64,000 nt of DNA, taken from the NCBI GenBank assembly GCA_965279035.1, contig OZ257142.1:556491-620490 (forward strand), given 5' to 3'. The notes under the pieces were generated by a model. That model worked only from the letters and a program-made list of their open reading frames with translations. It had not been told where the DNA came from and ran no database searches. Shown one piece after another: positions 56,542 to 64,000 of this stretch; positions within the stretch are counted from its first letter, which is position 1, and every line of letters begins with the position of its first letter. The DNA comes from Bacteroidia bacterium. Its GTDB lineage: Bacteria > Bacteroidota > Bacteroidia > M30B66. Made by a program: the position numbers and the translations under genes.

Positions 56542-58755
56542 TTAGTTTCCGAATTGAGAAATAAACTTGAGCCGCATTAAACGAAGCTCGTTTTCTCCAA
56601 TTTCATCATCTCCCATTTCCTGAACTGCTGTTGCCATTGAATCGGTTTCTGCCTTGCGGAAATAATCCATGATTTCGTCTTGAATGTCTTCGTCTATCAC
56701 ATCATCAATGTAATAACTAATGTCGAGGCGTGTTCCAGAATAAACAATCGCTTCCATTTCTTCTATGAGAGCAACCAAGGTGAGTCCTTTGGAAGCAGCA
56801 ATGTCTTCGAGTGAAATTTTACGATCAACGCTCTGAATGATGAAAACCTTTTGAGTGGATTTATTGACCACACTTTTCACCACCATATTCAATGGACGAT
56901 CTACTTCGTTTTCTTGAACATATTGAGCAATCGTTTCCACAAATTCTTTTCCGTATTTCTCCGCTTTTCCTGCTCCAACACCTGCAATTTGTTTTAGCTC
57001 ATCGAGGGTAATTGGATATTGAATGGTCATATCGACCAAAGATTGCTCTTGGAAAATCACGTAAGGAGGCATATTCATGCGCTTCGCAATTTTACGAGTC
57101 AGATCTTTTAACATGGAGAAAAGAACTTCGTCTGCAGCGGCGGCACCTTGTCCGGCTGATGCTATTTCATCTTCATCATCTGTATCGCTATAGTCATGAT
57201 CATCGGTGATCATCACTGGATATGGATTTTCGATGAAATCTGTACCCGATTTACTCAAATGAAGCGTTCCGTAGTTTTCAATTTCCTTTTCAAGAAATCC
57301 CATGACAACCGCTTGTCGAATAACGCCATTCCAATACAAGGTAGAGTGCTCAGAACCTTTACCGAACAATTCTATTTGATCGTGTTTGTAGGAAGTAATT
57401 GCGGAATCAATCGTTCCAGTAAGAATATGATTGATATGCTTGTCCTTGAATTTTCCTTTTAATAATGCAACCGTATCGAGCACAAGACAAATGTCTTCCA
57501 TGGCATCGAACTTTTTCTTCGGATGACGGCAGTTGTCACACATGTTGTTGCAACCACTTTCGTCGTATTCTTCGCCGAAATAATGGAGTAAATATTTACG
57601 ACGGCACATGGAAGTTTCAGCATAACCAACTGTTTCGGCTAGTAATTGCTGACCAATTTCCTGTTCTGCAACGTGTTTATTTTTAAGGAATTTCTCGAGT
57701 TTTTGAATGTCGTCGAAGCTGTAGAATGAAAGGCAAACACCTTCTCCACCATCACGTCCAGCGCGACCAGTTTCTTGGTAATAGCCTTCAAGACTTTTCG
57801 GCATTTCGTGATGAATCACAAAACGTACGTCTGGCTTGTCGATTCCCATACCGAAGGCAATGGTTGCAACAATCACATCCGCTTCTTCCATAAGGAATTT
57901 ATCCTGATGCGAAGCACGTGTAGAAGCATCTAAACCAGCATGATATGGAAGTGCTTTAATACCATTCACATTGAGAGTTTCAGCAATTTCTTCCACCTTT
58001 TTGCGGCTAAGGCAATAGATAATTCCTGATTTACCGGGATGTTGCTTGATGAATTTGATGATTTCTTTCGCGACATTTTTCTTCGGACGAACCTCATAAT
58101 ACAGGTTAGCACGATTGAATGAACTTTTAAACAGGGTTGTTTCAACCATGTTCAAGTTCTTCATAATGTCCTGTTGCACTTTGGGTGTAGCAGTAGCAGT
58201 AAGAGCCATGATTGGAACAGTTCCAATTGCTTCTATGATAGAACGAAGCCGGCGATACTCAGGACGGAAATCATGTCCCCACTCTGAAATACAATGCGCT
58301 TCGTCGATTGCGAAAAAGCTGATATTGATTTCTCGGAAGAACTGTACGTTTTCGTCTTTGGTCAAGGACTCAGGTGCTACATATAATAGTTTTGTAACTC
58401 CATTGGTGATGTCTTCCCGAACGCGTGTGATTTCCGCTTTGTTAAGTGATGAGTTTAGGAAATGTGCAATTCCTGTTGCTCCACCAAAATTCCGTATCGA
58501 ATCAACCTGATTCTTCATCAAGGCAATCAAAGGAGAAACAATGATTGCAGTTCCTTCAGATATTAAAGCAGGCAATTGATAGCACATCGACTTACCACCG
58601 CCTGTAGGCATGATAACAAATGTGTCGTTGCCATCGAGAATGTTTCGAATGATGGCCTCCTGCTCACCTTTGAACTTAGTAAATCCAAAATACTTCTTTA
58701 AATGACCTGTGAGGTCTATCGTCGTTTCGACAGCTTCCAACATGCTGTTTATCAA
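56542..58755 (-). CDS. recQ: ATP-dependent DNA helicase RecQ
   Basis: 737 aa with DEAH helicase motifs (PTGGGKS, DEAHCISEWGHDFR), the RecQ zinc-binding motif CxxCDNC, and RQC + HRDC domains. Confidence 0.95.
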   Translation of the reverse strand: MINSMLEAVETTIDLTGHLKKYFGFTKFKGEQEAIIRNILDGNDTFVIMPTGGGKSMCYQLPALISEGTAIIVSPLIALMKNQVDSIRNFGGATGIAHFLNSSLNKAEITRVREDITNGVTKLLYVAPESLTKDENVQFFREINISFFAIDEAHCISEWGHDFRPEYRRLRSIIEAIGTVPIMALTATATPKVQQDIMKNLNMVETTLFKSSFNRANLYYEVRPKKNVAKEIIKFIKQHPGKSGIIYCLSRKKVEEIAETLNVNGIKALPYHAGLDASTRASHQDKFLMEEADVIVATIAFGMGIDKPDVRFVIHHEMPKSLEGYYQETGRAGRDGGEGVCLSFYSFDDIQKLEKFLKNKHVAEQEIGQQLLAETVGYAETSMCRRKYLLHYFGEEYDESGCNNMCDNCRHPKKKFDAMEDICLVLDTVALLKGKFKDKHINHILTGTIDSAITSYKHDQIELFGKGSEHSTLYWNGVIRQAVVMGFLEKEIENYGTLHLSKSGTDFIENPYPVMITDDHDYSDTDDEDEIASAGQGAAAADEVLFSMLKDLTRKIAKRMNMPPYVIFQEQSLVDMTIQYPITLDELKQIAGVGAGKAEKYGKEFVETIAQYVQENEVDRPLNMVVKSVVNKSTQKVFIIQSVDRKISLEDIAASKGLTLVALIEEMEAIVYSGTRLDISYYIDDVIDEDIQDEIMDYFRKAETDSMATAVQEMGDDEIGENELRLMRLKFISQFGN

Positions 58756-59191
58756 TAATTATTAAACAAATCGCAATTTCCGAGCACTCTTAACAATGCT
58801 TCTTGTGTATTGTTATCAATCCGGAAAATTATCGGGTGATTCATTTGCATAAACGCAAAATCATCCTTAAAGATACACTTAATAATCGTTTTGCAAAGAA
58901 AATCATTGCCCTGAGCTAATAATTTTTAATTGACTGATAAGCAGATACTTAAAATACTCCTTTCGGGTTTATCAAACCAAATGATAGAAAAGTTGAAAAT
59001 CCAAACGTCGTTTTTTAACACGTTCTTAACAAGAAGCCATTTTGACTATGGGAAAAATCAAAACATAATATCGAAAACAAGGGGTAAGACTTTGGAATCT
59101 CAAAATAAAATTTGGTAAAAAATGGGTGATTTTGACTGAAATAAACGCATTCTACTCTTGCATCAACGATTCAGATTGCGGATGTTTGACA

Positions 59192-60472
59192 AAAAAATAC
59201 ATGTCGCAGGATTTTTCTTCCGAACGTGCTAATGCATTGGATAATCAAGATGAACTGAATCATTTTCGTACTCGATTTAGGATTCCTCAATTAAATAATA
59301 AAGATTCTATCTATCTCTGTGGCAATTCGCTTGGTTTGCAACCAGATTCAATTGCCAATTCTATTAAACAAGAATTAGATGATTGGGCAAACTTAGGTGT
59401 TGAAGGTCATGTTCATGGTCGTCGACCTTGGTTGAGTTACCATGAGCAGTTTGCAGCTCCATTAGCTCGTTTAACTGGCTCACACGAATCGGAAGTTGTT
59501 GCCATGAACGGACTTACCGTGAATCTTCACCTCTTGATGATTTCGTTTTATCGACCGACACAATCACGTTATCGTATTATATGTGAGGAAAAGGCGTTTC
59601 CATCAGACAGTTACGCTTTGAACTCCCAAGCCGCTTTGCATGGTCGAAAACCCGAAGAAGTGATTCATGAAATTGCACCACGACCAGGACAGGCTCATAT
59701 TGAATTATCGGATATACTACAAGCCATTGCTGAAGAAGGTGATCGACTTGCAATGGTCATGATTGGTGGTGTGAACTATTATAGCGGACAGGTGTTCGAT
59801 ATGGAAGCGATAACAAAGGCTGGACATGCTGTAGGAGCTATGGTTGGATTTGATTTAGCACATGCAATAGGAAACATCGAATTGAAATTACACGATTGGG
59901 AAGTTGACTTTGCCGCTTGGTGTAGTTATAAATACTTGAATTCGGGACCGGGCAGTGTGGCAGGAATTTATATTAACGAAAAACATGCATCCAATCCCAA
60001 TACCTTTCGCTTAGCTGGATGGTGGGGACATGATAAGGAATCACGATTTAAAATGGAGCCGGGTTTTCAACCGATTCCAACAGCCGAAAGCTGGCAAATG
60101 AGCAATGCGCCTGTACTTTCGATGGCAGCACATAAAGCATCCTTGGATATTTTCGATGAAGCAGGAATATCAGCATTAATTGCTAAAAGCAAAAAACTCA
60201 CAAGCTATCTCTATTCGCTTTTGCTCGAAGTGCAACAATTACCAGGTTTTGAGGGGATGTTTAGTATCATTACACCCGAAGAGCGTGGTTGTCAGCTTTC
60301 CTTATTATTTCATCGCGAAGGAAAAGCAGTTTTCGATCACCTATTTGCTCAGGGCATCATTGCCGATTGGCGAGAACCTAATGTCATTCGAATAGCTCCA
60401 GTGCCTTTGTATAATAGCTTTTTGGATGCATTTCAGTTTGCTCAATCATTATCAACTTACACATCAAAATAA
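59192..60472 (+). CDS. kynU: Kynureninase
   Basis: PLP-dependent enzyme with a SYKYLNSGPG lysine motif. The ORF could start as early as 59126, and 59192 (MSQDFSS...) better matches the usual length. Confidence 0.85.
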   Translation, partial: KKYMSQDFSSERANALDNQDELNHFRTRFRIPQLNNKDSIYLCGNSLGLQPDSIANSIKQELDDWANLGVEGHVHGRRPWLSYHEQFAAPLARLTGSHESEVVAMNGLTVNLHLLMISFYRPTQSRYRIICEEKAFPSDSYALNSQAALHGRKPEEVIHEIAPRPGQAHIELSDILQAIAEEGDRLAMVMIGGVNYYSGQVFDMEAITKAGHAVGAMVGFDLAHAIGNIELKLHDWEVDFAAWCSYKYLNSGPGSVAGIYINEKHASNPNTFRLAGWWGHDKESRFKMEPGFQPIPTAESWQMSNAPVLSMAAHKASLDIFDEAGISALIAKSKKLTSYLYSLLLEVQQLPGFEGMFSIITPEERGCQLSLLFHREGKAVFDHLFAQGIIADWREPNVIRIAPVPLYNSFLDAFQFAQSLSTYTSK

Positions 60473-60478
60473 TCGAAT

Positions 60479-61816
60479 ATGTCGAAGCCGAATAAAATAA
60501 CAATTGCAGGATCTGGACTCGTTGGTGCCTTACATGCAATTTATATGAAACGTCAGGGATTTGATGTGGAACTGTTTGAGCGCCGCCCTGATTTAAGACA
60601 CAACCGAATTAGTGCTGGAAAGTCAATCAATTTGGCACTTTCTGATCGCGGCTTTCGTGGTTTGGCTGGAGTTGGTATAGAAGAAGATATTCGTTCCATA
60701 AGTATCCCTATGTACCGTCGGGTGATGCATGATGTGAACGGCAATCTTACGTTTCAACCCTATGGTAAAGATGGACAGGCAATCTATTCTGTATCGCGAG
60801 GCGGATTGAATTGTATGTTGATGGACTTAGCTGAAGCATCAGGAGTGAAAATCCATTTCAATTATAACTTACTAAGTGTTGATTTGAATACATCTCGAAC
60901 GACGTTTGTTGGAGAAGATGGAATGGTGAAAATAGATGCTGACTTTTTAGTGGGCGCAGATGGTGCCTATTCGGAAGCGCGTAATGAATTGGAAAAAACA
61001 CCTTGGTTCAATTATTCTCAATACTATATTGAATACGCTTACAAAGAATTAAGTATTCATCCGAATAATGATGGAACTCACAAATTAGAGAAAAACGCAC
61101 TTCATATTTGGCCTCGTAAAGACTTCATGCTTATTGCTCTTCCCAATTTAGATGGAAGTTTTACACTTACTTTATTCTATCCTAAAACGGGAGAGCGTTC
61201 ATTCGATTCTTTAGATACTCTTGATAAAGCAGAAGCATTCTTTCGAGAAAACTTCTCGGATGCCTTGGATCTGATGCCTCATTTCCGCGAAGAATATGCT
61301 TCCAATCCAGCAGCAGCAATGGTTATTGTTCGTTGTTTTCCATGGAGTTGGAAAGATAAAATGATGCTTATTGGTGATGCAGCACATGCGATTGTTCCAT
61401 TTTTCGGACAAGGGATGAATTGTGGCTTTGAAGACTGTTTCGTGTTTAATGAATTGCTCAATGAGCACACCGGCGAATGGGGAGATTTATTACGTAAATA
61501 CGAAATTGCCCGTAAGCCAAATGGAGATGCGATAGCCGAATTAGCACTCAACAATTTTATCGAAATGCGTGATCGGGTTTCGGATCCTATATTCTTGTTG
61601 CAAAAAAAGATTGAAGCGCGTTTCAGCAATAAATATCCAGCTAAGTGGATGCCTTTGTATTCGATGGTAACATTCAGTCATATTCCCTATAGCGAAGCTT
61701 TGGCTTTGGGCAAAAAGCAAGAAGCCATCATGGAAAAAGTGATGAAGTTATCAGATATTGAATCGAAATGGGATTCGGAGGAAGTAGAGAAGTTGATGCT
61801 GGAGCAATTGAATTAA
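60479..61816 (+). CDS. kmo: Kynurenine 3-monooxygenase (FAD-dependent)
   Basis: 445 aa with the Rossmann motif ITIAGSGLVGAL and GDAAHAIVPFFGQGMN. Confidence 0.9.
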   Translation: MSKPNKITIAGSGLVGALHAIYMKRQGFDVELFERRPDLRHNRISAGKSINLALSDRGFRGLAGVGIEEDIRSISIPMYRRVMHDVNGNLTFQPYGKDGQAIYSVSRGGLNCMLMDLAEASGVKIHFNYNLLSVDLNTSRTTFVGEDGMVKIDADFLVGADGAYSEARNELEKTPWFNYSQYYIEYAYKELSIHPNNDGTHKLEKNALHIWPRKDFMLIALPNLDGSFTLTLFYPKTGERSFDSLDTLDKAEAFFRENFSDALDLMPHFREEYASNPAAAMVIVRCFPWSWKDKMMLIGDAAHAIVPFFGQGMNCGFEDCFVFNELLNEHTGEWGDLLRKYEIARKPNGDAIAELALNNFIEMRDRVSDPIFLLQKKIEARFSNKYPAKWMPLYSMVTFSHIPYSEALALGKKQEAIMEKVMKLSDIESKWDSEEVEKLMLEQLN

Positions 61817-63045
61817 GCCGCTTCTTTTAAGGATTTAGCTTTTAACTCTTCGTAATCATCCGCATTCATAATACGCGAAGCCGCCCAAATGCTGATGATA
61901 CAAGCTGCTATTGCAATATATCCTACATAAGGATAATGTTGAAGTTTTCCAGCGCCATCTTCGGTCACAATTGCTCCAGCCATAAATGCAGCTATACCGG
62001 ATGAAGTTTGTTGTACCGAAGAATTAAAACTCATAAAACTGCCACGATTCTTAGGTTGAGTTGTTGAGGTAATTAATGCCATAGCAGGTACAACGCGTCC
62101 GCTGATAACAATAAAGAAAAAGCTAGTTACGATTAATGCCATCCAAACTGGGACAACAGGCATGTTAGTAATTAGAAACAATGGAATGGTTGCGAATGCC
62201 GCAAAGATTGCAAACACCTTGAACTTCCCAACTTTATCAGCCAGTTTGCCAATTAAAGGTGCTGCAAACACTGAACAGAGTCCACCAAAGAGGTAGATAT
62301 AAGTGACTTCTATTTGAGTAAAACCTACATTTTTTTCCATGTAAGCAGCTATGAATGGGATGATGGAAAATTGCGATAACATCAATAAAGCCATCAACAG
62401 TAAAGCCTTTCGTTGATTGCTATTATTGAGCAAATTGGTAAAGACTGTTTTGAGTTGAGGTCGGTTCGATTTTACTTGAATATGACTATTGATATTAGGA
62501 ATAAAGCGAAGTATTAAAAAGGCAATCAAAACACCAACAGCAGCGATGAATAAAAACGGTGCATGCCAACTGTAGATGCTCGCAAGGTAATTTCCGAACG
62601 GTACGCCAAAAACAGATGCAAGAGAAAATCCGGCAGTAACCATTCCCATGGCAGAAGCTCTTCGTTCGTTTGGAATGACATCACCCACAATGGATAAAAT
62701 CAAAGTGCCAAGCAATCCTCCAAAAGCACCTGTGAAAATTCGTGCAGCAAGCATGAAAGCATAATTAGGAGCAAAAGCACAAGCCAATGTTCCTAACAAG
62801 AAACCGGTATAACAAACGAGTAAGATTTTCTTCCGATCGAAATTATCTACGAAGAAGGCACCTGCAAAACCAACAATACCCGCAGTGATAGTATATGCCG
62901 AAACGATGAACCCAAATTCCTGCGGTTCGATTTTGAACAAGCGCATGAGTTGATTCCCTAATGGCATGATGATCATAAAATCCATCACATGTGTAAACTG
63001 GATAAATGCCAGCGTTAATAGGATACTATACTCTTTACGACTCAT
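61813..63045 (-). CDS. MFS transporter
   Basis: 410 aa with 12 predicted TM helices. It overlaps the kmo stop convergently by 4 nt. Confidence 0.8.
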   Translation of the reverse strand: MSRKEYSILLTLAFIQFTHVMDFMIIMPLGNQLMRLFKIEPQEFGFIVSAYTITAGIVGFAGAFFVDNFDRKKILLVCYTGFLLGTLACAFAPNYAFMLAARIFTGAFGGLLGTLILSIVGDVIPNERRASAMGMVTAGFSLASVFGVPFGNYLASIYSWHAPFLFIAAVGVLIAFLILRFIPNINSHIQVKSNRPQLKTVFTNLLNNSNQRKALLLMALLMLSQFSIIPFIAAYMEKNVGFTQIEVTYIYLFGGLCSVFAAPLIGKLADKVGKFKVFAIFAAFATIPLFLITNMPVVPVWMALIVTSFFFIVISGRVVPAMALITSTTQPKNRGSFMSFNSSVQQTSSGIAAFMAGAIVTEDGAGKLQHYPYVGYIAIAACIISIWAASRIMNADDYEELKAKSLKEAA

Positions 63046-63224
63046 GAAATGGATGGAGAATCAAACGAAATTGCTCGTCCGAATGGATTGGGATTTTCGG
63101 ATTGCAAAGAAAGTAGAAACTAGACAATCGGAATGTTAAAAAGTTCGATCGATAATAGATTAGGTAAAAACCCAAAAGCCGCCTCCTGTTAAAGAAGCGG
63201 CCTCGAGCACACACAATAAAATCC

Positions 63225-63995
63225 TTAGTTCTTAATAAAACGAGCAGTGCTAGTTTTTTCTGATGTCATCATTCGTATCAGATAGATACCAGCTTTAAGA
63301 TTGTTAAGGTTGAGTTGGTGTATTTGGTCAGGGTTAATTTTTAGGTTTTCAGTTTGAACTATTCGACCATTTAAGTCGAGGATTTCCAGTTGAGCTAGTT
63401 TCGCTAGTTGAGATTTAGACCAAACGATACTTAGGTTATCTTGAGCTGGTGATGGGAATACAGTAAAGTCAGCTGATTTGCCTGTTTTTTCTATTGATTC
63501 ACAATTTACTACCACAACGTTAATTGGTGAAGAATTGAGTGTATTTACTGCATCGGTAGCCGAAAGAGAATAGGTGCCCGATTCAGATACTGTTAATGTT
63601 GTATCATTAAGAACACCAATATCTACTCCGTCTTTTTTCCATTGATAGGTAAAGCAATCGCTCGGTTGGATAATAGTTAACAGCGTTTGATTTCCAACAC
63701 AAATTGTATCCGGACCAGTATTTTGGATCTGCAGAATCTCCTCGATTAGTTTGATACGAGTAATACCTACAAAGCCAATTGATAAAGTCCCAATAATCAA
63801 TTCATCATCGTTTTCAAAATAGGCGCATCTGAAAGTTGTGCCATCTAACTCTGTATAAGCCGCATACCCCGTTCCTTCAAAACTTGTGTCATAGTTTCCC
63901 TGCTCATCCATGCGATAAATGACTCCTTTAGCTTGTCCAAAAGCAAACGAACCTGAGCCCATACACCAAAATCGATTTTGACTATCCCGAAACAT
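63225..63995 (-). CDS. T9SS type A sorting domain-containing protein; N-terminus probably continues beyond the window end
   Basis: C-terminal FPSPAQDNLSI...GIYLIRMMTSEKTSTARFIKN CTD. The ORF start lies 5 nt from the window edge. Confidence 0.7.
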   Translation of the reverse strand: MFRDSQNRFWCMGSGSFAFGQAKGVIYRMDEQGNYDTSFEGTGYAAYTELDGTTFRCAYFENDDELIIGTLSIGFVGITRIKLIEEILQIQNTGPDTICVGNQTLLTIIQPSDCFTYQWKKDGVDIGVLNDTTLTVSESGTYSLSATDAVNTLNSSPINVVVVNCESIEKTGKSADFTVFPSPAQDNLSIVWSKSQLAKLAQLEILDLNGRIVQTENLKINPDQIHQLNLNNLKAGIYLIRMMTSEKTSTARFIKN

Positions 63996-64000
63996 AAAAT

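Noticed and set aside
58930-59118. 62-aa ORF upstream of kynU
   Set aside because: It is AT-rich intergenic sequence with no conservation cues. It is more likely promoter/leader sequence for kynU and recQ.
1-64000. Search for a CRISPR array, transposase/IS element, integrase or prophage genes
   Set aside because: No regularly spaced repeats were found. No ORF has DDE transposase, tyrosine recombinase or phage structural hallmarks. The window appears to be core chromosome.

Overview
This looks like a chromosomal segment from a Bacteroidota genome (Flavobacteriia, Cytophagia or Sphingobacteriia type). The evidence is the TAnnTTTG -7 promoter boxes, fused CcoN-CcoO, a DUF4270 gene beside glycogen synthase and glmS, and many T9SS C-terminal sorting domains. 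Most of the window is housekeeping: a SUF Fe-S operon (sufC-sufD-sufS-sufE-DUF59-DUF2480, with no sufB), the rplM-rpsI-rpsB-tsf-pyrH-frr translation cluster, glmS, panCD, radA, a complete cbb3 oxidase cluster (ccoI-ccoS-ccoNO-ccoQ-ccoP-ccoG-fixH-tauE-hemN), aspS, recQ, ribE and a kynurenine pathway pair (kynU-kmo). The accessory-looking content is five secreted proteins with T9SS C-terminal domains, a DUF433/DUF5615 toxin-antitoxin pair beside an AAA ATPase, and a CarH-like B12/MerR photoregulator with an ECF sigma, crtB and ispH. I found no transposase, integrase, CRISPR array or rRNA. There is one tRNA-Ala with a decayed tandem copy next to it. The most unusual element is a pentaheme c-type cytochrome carrying a T9SS sorting domain. 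It sits with an FG-GAP T9SS protein between an Fnr-like regulator and the cbb3 cluster.
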